A DNA stretch of 24,000 bases from Peterkaempfera griseoplana (GCF_001418575.1 NZ_LIQR01000222.1:2554-26553); one strand, 5' to 3'. Positions 1-8,428 are shown, numbered from the stretch's first letter. Numbers and translations are program-made. Notes: generated by a model not told the origin, from the letters alone.

Positions 1-590
1 TGCTGCTGTTCGGTTGCCTGCTGCTGATCGGCGGGGTGGTCGGGCTGGTGCACGCGGTGCAGTCGCGCAAGGACAACTTCTTCTGGCTGGGTGCCGCGGT
101 CGCCGCGGTCAATCTGGCGGCAGGCCTGGTGATGGTGCTCCATCCGAGGGTGGCCGCGGTGGCGCTGACGCTGTTCGCGGCGCTGCTCTTCCTCACGGCG
201 GGTGTCTTCCGGGTGGTCGGCGGGCTGGCCGTACGGGGGCCCCAGCTGGGGTGGACGATCTTCCTCGGAGTGCTCGACCTGCTGCTGGGCGCGCTGGTGC
301 TGGCCGCATGGCCGACCAGTTCCCTCTACACCCTGGGCCTGTTCTTCTCGCTGGCCCTGCTGTTCGACGGCCTCGGGCTGCTCAGTACCGGTCTGAGCGG
401 CCGGCGGGTGCTCGCCCAGGTGGACGAGGAACGGCGGCGGGACGAGGTCGACTCGTACCTCGCGGGCCGCGAGGACGCCAGGAAGGCCGGGATCCGGGAG
501 CGGGAGTCGCACGGCGGCGGGGCCGGGACGACGCGCCCCGGCCAGTCCGGGCCGTCCGACCATCCGCCGACCCCGCCGATGGGGATCTGA
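1..590 (+). CDS. HdeD/DUF308-type small integral membrane protein, 5' end truncated by the window edge (reading frame starts at nt 3)
   Basis: The frame stays open from the window start (LLFGCLLLIGGVVGLVH...) to the stop at 588-590. It has repeated hydrophobic helices with GxxxG-rich spacing typical of HdeD-like proteins, then a charged Arg/Glu/Pro tail. The track ORF 36..590 is the same frame. Confidence 0.6.
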   Translation, partial: LLFGCLLLIGGVVGLVHAVQSRKDNFFWLGAAVAAVNLAAGLVMVLHPRVAAVALTLFAALLFLTAGVFRVVGGLAVRGPQLGWTIFLGVLDLLLGALVLAAWPTSSLYTLGLFFSLALLFDGLGLLSTGLSGRRVLAQVDEERRRDEVDSYLAGREDARKAGIRERESHGGGAGTTRPGQSGPSDHPPTPPMGI

Positions 591-740
591 CCGGATCGAT
601 CAGTGAACCGATCGAAGAGTGAGGCAGAGTGAGCTGAATTCGAGCAATTAGCGTCTTGACGGGTCCCGATCTGCCGAGTTGCGATCAGCCACCCGTGGGC
701 TGCGGCCGCGCTCTAGCCTCGGAAAACGAGGGCGAACCCC

Positions 741-1358
741 GTGTCCGAGGTGTGTGAAGGGCGGCTTGATGTGATGCAGATCAGCGGGGGCGCGCCGAGC
801 GCCCCCGGCGGCACCGGGCCCGGCCCGGTGGAGGGGGTCTGGCGGTTCGCCGCCCCCTCCCAGGAGTCCTCGGTCCCGCAGGCGCGGCATGCGGTCCGCG
901 ATCTGCTCACCGCCCAGGGCCTGGCCGGGCGGCCGCTCTACGAGGACCTGCTCCAGGGGCTGCTGCTGATCGTCTCGGAACTGGTCACCAACGCCGTGAA
1001 GCACGCGGCCGTGCTCTCCCCGCAGATAGTGGTGGAGGTGGTGATCGGCGGCGGCTGGGTGCGGGTCTCGGTGGAGGACAGCCACCCGTACCGCCCCAAG
1101 GCGCTCCACAACGACCACGGCCGCACCGGCGGGCGGGGGCTGCTGCTGGTCAAGGCGATCGCCCAGGAGGCGGGCGGGGCCTGCGACGTGGACCGCACCG
1201 TCAACGGCGGCAAGGTGGTGTGGGCCTCGCTGCCCATCCCCGTCGCCCGTATGGAACCGGCACTGCCCAGCCCGGCCTCCGCCTACCCGGTCCTCCCCGG
1301 CCCGGCAGGCGCGCCGGAGCGGCCCCTGCCGGGCCGTCCGGCGCCCTACGGCGGCTGA
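741..1358 (+). CDS. ATP-binding protein with an HATPase_c-type fold (RsbW/SpoIIAB-like anti-sigma factor / serine kinase family)
   Basis: It carries an N-box-like motif, LLIVSELVTNAVKHA, and a G-box-like motif, GRGLLLVKAIAQEAGG. It ends in a Pro-rich tail. The start is GTG 741, or possibly ATG 774. Confidence 0.7.
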   Translation: MSEVCEGRLDVMQISGGAPSAPGGTGPGPVEGVWRFAAPSQESSVPQARHAVRDLLTAQGLAGRPLYEDLLQGLLLIVSELVTNAVKHAAVLSPQIVVEVVIGGGWVRVSVEDSHPYRPKALHNDHGRTGGRGLLLVKAIAQEAGGACDVDRTVNGGKVVWASLPIPVARMEPALPSPASAYPVLPGPAGAPERPLPGRPAPYGG

Positions 1359-1393
1359 GCCGGGGGAGCCCCGCCCCAGCCGCCCCGGGCTCA
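1356..1393. terminator. Candidate bidirectional hairpin between the convergent HATPase gene and idi, spanning both stop codons
   Basis: tgagccggggg (1356-1366) pairs with ccccgggctca (1383-1393), giving 10 bp with one G-G mismatch and a 16-nt loop. There is no U-tract, which is common in Streptomyces. Confidence 0.35.
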
Positions 1394-1993
1394 CCAGTCC
1401 ACGCCGGTGATCTCCCGGATCGTCGGCAGCGCCCCCTGGAGGACGGTCTCGAACCAGACCGAGAACGGCCGCTCGGCGCGCAGCGCCGCCAGCTCCCCGG
1501 GCGTGACGAAGGCGGTGTCCTCCACCTCCGCCGGATCGGGCCGCAGGGGAGCGGTGGCCAGCCCCACGAAGAGGTGGTTCCACTCCCGCTCGATCAGCCC
1601 GGAGGCGGCGTCGGGCAGGTCGTAGCGGACCGTCCCGGCCTCCCGCAGCAGCGCCGGGGCGACCCCCAGCTCCTCGGCGGTACGGCGGGCGGCGGCCACG
1701 AACGGCTGCTCGCCCGGGTAGGGGTGGCCGCAGCAGGTGTTGGACCAGACACCGGGGGAGTGGTACTTGCCGAGCGCACGGCGCTGCAGCAGCAGCCGCC
1801 CCTCGGCGTCGAAGAGGAAGACCGAGAAGGCCCGGTGCAGACGGCCGGGCTCCTGGTGGGCGGAGAGCTTCTCCGCGGTGCCGATGGTGCGGCCCTGGTC
1901 GTCCACGAGCTCAAGCAGGATCTCCGGCGCGGCAAGGGCGTCGCCCGGTGCACCGTCGACGGTGGCTGGGCTCGTGGTTCCGCTGGTCGGCAT
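1391..1993 (-). CDS. idi: Isopentenyl-diphosphate delta-isomerase, type I (Nudix family)
   Basis: The 200-aa product starts MPTSGTT (ATG complement at 1991-1993). It contains HRAFSVFLFD, WSNTCCGHP (catalytic Cys) and EREWNHLFVG motifs typical of type I IDI. The upstream 275 codons of the track ORF 1391..2818 are rejected (see the rejected list). Confidence 0.9.
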   Translation of the reverse strand: MPTSGTTSPATVDGAPGDALAAPEILLELVDDQGRTIGTAEKLSAHQEPGRLHRAFSVFLFDAEGRLLLQRRALGKYHSPGVWSNTCCGHPYPGEQPFVAAARRTAEELGVAPALLREAGTVRYDLPDAASGLIEREWNHLFVGLATAPLRPDPAEVEDTAFVTPGELAALRAERPFSVWFETVLQGALPTIREITGVDW

Positions 1994-3057
1994 ATGGCCC
2001 CTTTCGGCGCGAGGACCGGTCGCCGCCCGCGCCGTGTGCGCGGACCCACCCGCCCGGTCCGGCGGTTCGGCTGGGCGCCCCACCTGCTGCCACCGGGGCA
2101 TACGGGTGTGGCGCCGATGCCCCAGTCTGCCGTACGGGGCAGCCGTGGTTCGCCCGACGCACGCATCGGGACCGGCGCACCGAAGCCCTCGTGGCGGGCG
2201 GTGGGGCGGATGCCACCGGGTGCGCGGGCGGTGCGGGGTGCCGGGTCCCGGGGGGACGGTGCTGGGCCCTGCGTTGACGGGTGCCTGCGGGGAGCCTGCG
2301 GAGGGCGTCTGTCCGGCCGTTCGGCGGCGGTGCCACGGGGGCGGGCCGTCGTCCACAGGCGCTCGTCGTGCGGCCCGCGCACTCCCGGAAGGGCCCGGTT
2401 CCGCCTTGTCCCGGGCCGCCCGGCGGACCGGCCCCGCCCATGGGGGACCCGGCGACCCGGGCCGACGGCCCCGTGCCGCCCACAGGCCTGCGAGCGCCGC
2501 CGTGACCCACTGCCTCTCCCCCGGGCGGGAGCCACCGGCCCCGCCGCCGCGCCCCGACCGGCGCCTGCGGCCCCGCCCTGTCCGGCGTCCGGCGGCTGCC
2601 ACCGCGGCGCCCGGAGGGAAAGCCGCTGTTCGGGCAGCGCGCGGAGAGCCGTCGAGAGGGCCCGTGCGATGGCTTGTCCGGGGCCCCCGGAGTCGGCAAA
2701 GATGATCGACACGGGTGTTTCGGCACCGCTCGGACCCGGAGGGCTCCCCCTCTGTTTCCCCGGACTTCATCCGATAGCCTCTGCCGACGCACCACCACCG
2801 GGCCGTGCAGCGGCCCACGGCCTGCCTGCGATCGTCCGGGCGGGCGGCTGCCCCGCACCTCCAGGGAGTGAGTTCCGCTGTCCACCGCCATCCTGACCGG
2901 CCCCGACCCGGGCGGCATCGCAGAGCCGGACGGTGGTGCGCGGCAGGCGCTCCCCGCAGACCTCGCCGCGCTCGGCTACCGCCATGTCCTGGACGCCGCC
3001 GGCCCCGCCGAGCTGGCCCGGCTGCTGGCCGAGGCCCCGGCGGGCGAGCGGGTCGCC

Positions 3058-4896
3058 GTGGTGGACCGGCGCTTCGTCGGCCACCGGCACGCGCTGCGGC
3101 TCGGTCTGACCGACCCCCGCTTCCCCGCAGCCGCGGTGCCCGGCGCGCTCACCGCCGACGGGCCCGAGGCCCGCGCCGCGCTCGCCGGCGCCGCCCAGCG
3201 GCTGGCCGCGAGCACCTCCGCCGCGGGAGGCGGCGCCACCCTGGTGCTGCCGTCCCCCTCGGAGCAGGGGACGGACCCGGGCGCCGCGACGGTGATGCTC
3301 GACACCTCCGCGGCCGACGAGGGCCGCACCGTGATGGTGGACAGCGCGGCGGCCGACCGGGTCGCCGTGGCCGTCCTGCCCGACACCCTGGCGGCGGCCC
3401 TTGAGGCGGCCGGGACCGAGGTGTACCGCCCGGAGCTGGGCGAGCTGGTCGCCGCGGTCCCCGCCGACGACGCCGACCGCGGCCACGCGGCGCGGCGCAC
3501 CGCCGCCGTCGACGAGGAGGCGGTGCGGCTGAGGCGCGCGGTGAAGTCCCGGGACGGCTTCTTCACCACCTTCTGCATCAGCCCCTACTCCCGCTACCTG
3601 GCCCGCTGGTGTGCCCGCCGCGGCCTGACGCCCAATCAGGTCACCACCGGCTCGCTGCTGGTGGCGCTGCTCGCCGCCGCCAGTGCGGCCACCGGCACCA
3701 GGCCCGGGTTCGTGGCCGCCGGTGTGCTGCTGATCGCCTCGTTCGTGCTGGACTGCACCGACGGCCAGCTGGCCCGCTACTCGCTGCAGTACTCCACTCT
3801 CGGCGCCTGGCTGGACGCCACCTTCGACCGGATCAAGGAGTACGCGTACTACGCCGGCCTGGCCGTGGGCGCCTCCGTCGGCGGCGACGACGTCTGGACG
3901 CTGGCGCTGGGCGCGATGGTCCTGCAGAGCTGCCGCCATGTCGTGGACTTCGCCTTCATGGAGGCCAACCACGACGCGGCGGGCAACTCCAGCCCCACCG
4001 CGCAGCTCTCCAACCGGCTGGACCGGGTGGGCTGGACGGTGTGGGCACGCCGCATCGTGGTGCTGCCGATCGGTGAGCGCTGGGCCCTGATCGCGGTCCT
4101 CACCGCGCTCACCACCCCGCGGACCACCCTGGTGGTGCTGCTGATCGGCTGCGCCTTCGCCGCCTGCTACACCACCGCGGGCCGGGTGCTGCGCTCGGTC
4201 ACCCGGCTGCGGGCCCGTACCGACCGTGCCGCCGACGCCCTCGCCGAGCTCGCCGACTCGGGCCCGCTCGCGGAGCTCGGCGCACGCCTGCTGCGTCCGC
4301 TCGCGCGCCGGCTGCCCGCGTACGCGACCCCTGCCATCGCCGTCGCCGGTGCGGCGCTGCTGCTGGCCGGTGTGCTGCTGGGCGGCGCCGGCACCTGGTG
4401 GGCGGTGGCCGCGGCCGTCGGCTACCTGGTCACCTCCTCGCTGGCGGTCGCCCGCTCGCTGCGCGGCCCCCTGGACTGGCTGGTGCCGCCGGTGTTCCGC
4501 GCCGCCGAGTACCTCACCGTGCTGGGCCTGGCCGCCCAGCTGTCCGGTCCGGCCGTGCCCGCCGCCTTCGGGCTGGTCGCGGCCGTCGCCTACCATCACT
4601 ACGACACGGTCTACCGCATCCGCGGTGGCACCGGGGCGCCGCCGCGGTGGCTGGTGCGCGCAGCAGGCGGCCACGAGGGCCGGGTACTGCTACTCACCGT
4701 CGCCGCCGCACTCGCATACGGCGGCAGCCCGCACGGACCGGCCGGCGCCCGGCTCCCCGGAGCCCACGCGCTGCAGGTCACCCTGGCGGCCATGGCCGCC
4801 GTCCTGGCGCTGGTTGTCCTGGCCGAGAGCATCCGCTTCTGGGTCTTCGGCGGCGAAGCGCCGGCAGTCCACGACGAAACAGGAGACACCGCATGA
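3058..4896 (+). CDS. Multi-domain CDP-alcohol phosphatidyltransferase-family membrane protein. It has a soluble N-terminal domain, a CDP-alcohol transferase core and a long extra polytopic C-terminal domain. The true start is probably upstream, near 2878 (see findings).
   Basis: A complete D(x2)DG(x2)AR(x8)G(x3)D(x3)D motif, LDCTDGQLARYSLQYSTLGAWLDATFD, lies at nt 3751-3828. Multiple hydrophobic helices follow. The stop overlaps the next start (ATGA at 4893-4896). Confidence 0.85.
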   Translation: MVDRRFVGHRHALRLGLTDPRFPAAAVPGALTADGPEARAALAGAAQRLAASTSAAGGGATLVLPSPSEQGTDPGAATVMLDTSAADEGRTVMVDSAAADRVAVAVLPDTLAAALEAAGTEVYRPELGELVAAVPADDADRGHAARRTAAVDEEAVRLRRAVKSRDGFFTTFCISPYSRYLARWCARRGLTPNQVTTGSLLVALLAAASAATGTRPGFVAAGVLLIASFVLDCTDGQLARYSLQYSTLGAWLDATFDRIKEYAYYAGLAVGASVGGDDVWTLALGAMVLQSCRHVVDFAFMEANHDAAGNSSPTAQLSNRLDRVGWTVWARRIVVLPIGERWALIAVLTALTTPRTTLVVLLIGCAFAACYTTAGRVLRSVTRLRARTDRAADALAELADSGPLAELGARLLRPLARRLPAYATPAIAVAGAALLLAGVLLGGAGTWWAVAAAVGYLVTSSLAVARSLRGPLDWLVPPVFRAAEYLTVLGLAAQLSGPAVPAAFGLVAAVAYHHYDTVYRIRGGTGAPPRWLVRAAGGHEGRVLLLTVAAALAYGGSPHGPAGARLPGAHALQVTLAAMAAVLALVVLAESIRFWVFGGEAPAVHDETGDTA

Positions 4897-5648
4897 TCGG
4901 CCTCGTTCTGGCCGCCGGCGCCGGCCGCCGCCTGCGCCCGTACACCGACACCCTGCCCAAGGCCCTGGTGCCGGTGGACGGCGAGACGACCGTCCTCGAC
5001 CTCACCCTCGGCAACTTCGCCGAGGTCGGTCTGCGGGACGTCGCCGTCGTCGTCGGCTACCGCAAGGAGGCCGTGTACGACCGCAAGGCCGCCCTGGAGA
5101 AGAAGTACGGCGTCACCCTCACCCTGGTCGACAACGACAAGGCCGAGGAGTGGAACAACGCCTACTCCCTGTGGTGCGCCCGCGACCTCTTCAGCGAGGG
5201 CCTGGTGCTCGCCAACGGTGACACCGTCCACCCGGTCTCGGTGGAGCAGACCATGCTGGAGGCCAACGAGCGGCTGACCGCCGCCGGTGCGCAGCCCGGC
5301 ATCCTGCTGGCCCTGGACACCGTCAAGCACCTCGCCGACGAGGAGATGAAGGTCATCGTGGACGCCGAGAAGGGCGTCCAGCGGATCACCAAGCTGATGG
5401 ACCCGGCCACCGCCACCGGCGAGTACATCGGCGTCACCCTGATCAACCCCTCGGCCGCCGCCGACCTCGCCTCCGCCCTGCAGGCCACCTTCGAGCGCGA
5501 CCCGCAGCTCTACTACGAGGACGGCTACCAGGAGATGGTCGACCGCGGTCAGCGGATCGACGTCCAGCCGATCGGCGAGGTCTCCTGGGTCGAGATCGAC
5601 AACCACGACGACCTGGCCAAGGCCCGGGAGATCGCGTGCCGGTACTGA
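4893..5648 (+). CDS. Nucleotidyltransferase (sugar/alcohol-phosphate cytidylyltransferase-like, LicC/IPCT-type NTP_transferase)
   Basis: The N-terminus is MIGLVLAAGAGRRLRPYTDTLPKALVPV (GxGxRL plus a conserved Lys), with a NNAYSLW motif. AGGAG lies at 4881-4885 upstream of ATG 4893, and the start is coupled to the upstream stop by ATGA. Confidence 0.85.
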   Translation: MIGLVLAAGAGRRLRPYTDTLPKALVPVDGETTVLDLTLGNFAEVGLRDVAVVVGYRKEAVYDRKAALEKKYGVTLTLVDNDKAEEWNNAYSLWCARDLFSEGLVLANGDTVHPVSVEQTMLEANERLTAAGAQPGILLALDTVKHLADEEMKVIVDAEKGVQRITKLMDPATATGEYIGVTLINPSAAADLASALQATFERDPQLYYEDGYQEMVDRGQRIDVQPIGEVSWVEIDNHDDLAKAREIACRY

Positions 5649-6697
5649 CCCGCCTGATCCCGTCGCCGGTCGTCGTCGACATCCGTGCCGGAGCACTGGA
5701 CGACCTCGCCACGGTCCTCGCCGACCAGCGACTGTCCACCTCCGGCCGGATAGCCGTGGCGGTCAGCGGCGGGTCCGGCGCCGCCCTCCGGGGGCGGCTG
5801 GAGCCGCAGCTGCCGGGCGCGGACTGGTACTCGGTCGCCGACGGCACCCTGGACTCCGCGGTGCTGCTCGCCGACGCCGTTCGGGCCGGCCACTACGACG
5901 CCATGGTCGGCCTCGGCGGCGGCAAGGTCATCGACGCGGCCAAGTACGCCGCGGCGCGGGTCGGCCTGCCCATGGTGGCGGTGGCGACCAACCTGGCCCA
6001 CGACGGCATCTGCTCGCCGGTGTCCACGCTGGACAACGACGCAGGCCGCGGCTCCTACGGGGTGCCCAACCCGATCGGCATCATCGTCGACCTGGACGTC
6101 ATCCGCAGCGCCCCCAAGCGCTTCGTGGCGGCCGGGATCGGGGACGCGATCTCCAACATCTCCGCCTGCGCCGACTGGGAGCTCTCCCAGCGGGTCACCA
6201 GGGAGCCGGTGGACGGCCTGGCCATCGCCATGGCCCGGTCGGCGGGCGAGGTGCTGCTGCGCCACCCCGGCACCCTGGAGGACACCGAGCTGCTCACCGC
6301 GCTGGCCGAGTCCCTGGTGCTCTCGGGCATCTCCATGAACATCGCCGGCTCCACCCGGCCGTCCTCGGGGGCCTGCCACGAGATCTCGCACGCGCTGGAC
6401 ATCCTGTACCCCAAGCGGTCGGCCCAGCACGGCGAGCAGGTGGGCATCGGCGCGGCCTTCGCGACCTTCCTGCGGGGCGACCGGGAGGGCTCCGGCCTGA
6501 TCGTCCAGACCCTGGCGCGCCACGGACTGCCCGTGACCGCCGAGGAGATCGGCTTCTCCGAGGAGGAGTTCACCGCGGCGGTCCACTACGCACCGCAGAC
6601 CCGCCCCGGCCGTTTCACCATCCTCGAGCACCTCGACCTCGACACTTCTGCCATCAGGGACGCGTACTCCGACTATGTCCATGCCGTCAACAGCTGA
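5636..6697 (+). CDS. Iron-containing alcohol dehydrogenase superfamily protein, sn-glycerol-1-phosphate dehydrogenase (EgsA/AraM)-like
   Basis: It has the GLGGGKVIDAAKY nucleotide-binding loop, TNLAHDGICSPVS (close to the G1PDH AHDGIASP signature), and candidate metal ligands in CHEISHALD and QHGEQVG. The GTG start overlaps the upstream gene by 13 nt. Confidence 0.8.
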   Translation: MPVLTRLIPSPVVVDIRAGALDDLATVLADQRLSTSGRIAVAVSGGSGAALRGRLEPQLPGADWYSVADGTLDSAVLLADAVRAGHYDAMVGLGGGKVIDAAKYAAARVGLPMVAVATNLAHDGICSPVSTLDNDAGRGSYGVPNPIGIIVDLDVIRSAPKRFVAAGIGDAISNISACADWELSQRVTREPVDGLAIAMARSAGEVLLRHPGTLEDTELLTALAESLVLSGISMNIAGSTRPSSGACHEISHALDILYPKRSAQHGEQVGIGAAFATFLRGDREGSGLIVQTLARHGLPVTAEEIGFSEEEFTAAVHYAPQTRPGRFTILEHLDLDTSAIRDAYSDYVHAVNS

Positions 6698-7493
6698 GCC
6701 GACCCGCACGCACCGCCCCTCCGTCGAGGAGCTGCGCGCCGCCGTCCACCCCGAGGGGCTGCTCGACCGCCGCAGCGGCGAGCACTGGGCGGGCCGCATC
6801 TACATGCGGCGGATCTCCCTGCGGTTCACCCGCCTGCTGGTGAACACCCGGGTCACGCCCAACAGCCTCACCTATCTGATGATGCTCACCGGCATCGTCG
6901 CGGGTGCCGCGCTGCTCGTCCCCGGGATCGCCGGCGCCGTCCTGGGTGCCGTCCTCATCCAGGTCTACCTGCTGCTGGACTGCATCGACGGCGAGGTGGC
7001 CCGCTGGCGGCGGCAGACCTCGGTCACCGGTGTCTACCTGGACCGGGTCGGCCACTACCTCGCCGAGGCGGCGCTGCTCACCGGCGCCGGACTGCGGGCC
7101 GCCGACCTGTTCCACCGCGACGGCGGAGCCTCGCACTGGGAGTGGGCCTTCCTGGGCACGGTGGCCGCGCTGGGCGCGATCCTGATCAAGGCCGAGACCG
7201 ACCTGGTGGACGTCGCCCGGATCCGCAGCGGCCTCTTGGCCGTGCAGGACGCCGCCTCGGTGCCGCGCTCCTCGGGTGTCGCCAAGGCCCGCAAGGCGGC
7301 GGCCGCGCTGAAGTTCCACCGGCTGGTGGGCGGTGTGGAGGCCTCGCTGGTGCTGCTGGCGGTGGGCATCGCCGACGCGGTCCACGGCGATCTGCTCTTC
7401 ACCAGGATCGCGGTCGCGGTGCTCGCCGCCATCGCCCTGGTGCAGACCCTGCTCCACCTGGCCAGCATCGTCCTCTCCAGCAGGCTGCGATGA
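6675..7493 (+). CDS. CDP-alcohol phosphatidyltransferase family membrane protein (short form) with a variant catalytic motif
   Basis: The motif LDCIDGEVARWRRQTSVTGVYLDRVGH lies at nt 6978-7055, with the last conserved Asp replaced by His. The protein has about 6 hydrophobic helices. The start overlaps the upstream gene by 23 nt, and the stop overlaps the next start (ATGA). Confidence 0.85.
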   Translation: MSMPSTAEPTRTHRPSVEELRAAVHPEGLLDRRSGEHWAGRIYMRRISLRFTRLLVNTRVTPNSLTYLMMLTGIVAGAALLVPGIAGAVLGAVLIQVYLLLDCIDGEVARWRRQTSVTGVYLDRVGHYLAEAALLTGAGLRAADLFHRDGGASHWEWAFLGTVAALGAILIKAETDLVDVARIRSGLLAVQDAASVPRSSGVAKARKAAAALKFHRLVGGVEASLVLLAVGIADAVHGDLLFTRIAVAVLAAIALVQTLLHLASIVLSSRLR

Positions 7494-8413
7494 GCGCGGC
7501 CCTGCCGGCGGCGGGCGGCGGCCGGACGGAGCGCGACGGCTTCCGGCTGGGCGCGGTCGTGCTCACCATGGGCAACCGGCCGGTCGAGCTGAACGCCCTG
7601 CTGGAGTCGGTCGCCAAGCAGCGCGGGCCCGCGGTCGAGGTGGTGGTGGTCGGCAACGGCGCCCCGCTGCCGGCGCTGCCCGAGGGCGTCCGCACGGTCG
7701 AGCTGGAGGAGAACCTCGGCATCCCGGCCGGTCGCAACGTCGGCATCGAGGCGTTCGGCAAGGACGGCTGCGAGGTCGACGCGGTGCTCTTCCTGGACGA
7801 CGACGGGCTGCTGCCCGGCGACGACACCGCCGAGAAGCTGCGGGCGGCCTTCACCGCCGACCCCGGGCTCGGCATCGTCTCCTTCCGGATCGCCGATCCG
7901 GAGACCGGCACCACCCAGCGCCGCCACGTCCCGCGGCTGCGCGCCTCCGACCCGCTGCGCTCCTCGGTGGTCACCACCTTCCTCGGTGGCGCCTCGGCGG
8001 TGCGCAGCAGCGTCTTCGCGCAGGCCGGCCAGCTCCCGGGCGAGTTCTTCTACGCCCATGAGGAGACCGACCTGGCCTGGCGCGCCCTGGACGCCGGCTG
8101 GTCCATCGAGTACCGCGCGGACATCGTCCTGTACCACCCGGCGACCCTGCCCAGCCGGCATGCGGTGTACCACCGGATGGTGGCCCGCAACCGGGTCTGG
8201 CTCGCCCGCCGCAACCTTCCCGCCCTGCTGGTCCCGGCCTATCTGGGCACCTGGATCCTGCTCACTCTGGTTCGCCGACCCTCCCGTGCCGCGCTGAAGG
8301 CGTGGATGGGAGGATTCCGTGAGGGCTGGCGGACGCCCTGCGGGCTGCGCCGGCCCATGCGGTGGCGTACTGTGTGGCGGCTGACCCGGCTCGGTCGTCC
8401 CCCGGTCATCTGA
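7490..8413 (+). CDS. Family 2 glycosyltransferase (GT-A fold)
   Basis: It shows AVVLTMGNRP, NLGIPAGRNVG and FLDDDG (DxD) motifs. A C-terminal hydrophobic/amphipathic segment is present. ATG 7490 overlaps the upstream TGA. Confidence 0.85.
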   Translation: MSAALPAAGGGRTERDGFRLGAVVLTMGNRPVELNALLESVAKQRGPAVEVVVVGNGAPLPALPEGVRTVELEENLGIPAGRNVGIEAFGKDGCEVDAVLFLDDDGLLPGDDTAEKLRAAFTADPGLGIVSFRIADPETGTTQRRHVPRLRASDPLRSSVVTTFLGGASAVRSSVFAQAGQLPGEFFYAHEETDLAWRALDAGWSIEYRADIVLYHPATLPSRHAVYHRMVARNRVWLARRNLPALLVPAYLGTWILLTLVRRPSRAALKAWMGGFREGWRTPCGLRRPMRWRTVWRLTRLGRPPVI

Positions 8414-8428
8414 TCACGAGATCCTCAT

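Noticed and set aside
14-622. A 202-aa alternative-frame ORF over the HdeD-like gene, plus 648..1583- antisense to the HATPase gene.
   Set aside because: Both give Arg/Gly-rich off-frame translations, and the competing frames encode recognisable membrane and ATPase motifs.
656-685. A TTGACG hexamer upstream of the HATPase gene as a possible -35 element.
   Set aside because: The best -10 candidates at 17-18 nt spacing (ttgcga / tgcgat) are poor matches. The support is not enough to list it as a feature.
1994-2818. A 275-codon N-terminal extension of the idi ORF (track ORF 1391..2818-).
   Set aside because: The IDI homology begins at MPTSGTT (1993). The upstream translation is Arg/Pro/Gly low-complexity, with GC3 no higher than the other two phases.
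2767-4674. A 635-aa minus-strand ORF antisense to the first CDP-alcohol transferase. Similar cases are 5549..6799-, 7055..8173-, 9280..10302-, 10371..11576-, 11570..12766- and 12210..13259-.
   Set aside because: These are typical high-GC shadow ORFs. Their Arg/Gly/Pro/His-rich low-complexity translations have no motifs, and each fully overlaps a plus-strand CDS with strong motifs and a high-GC3 frame.
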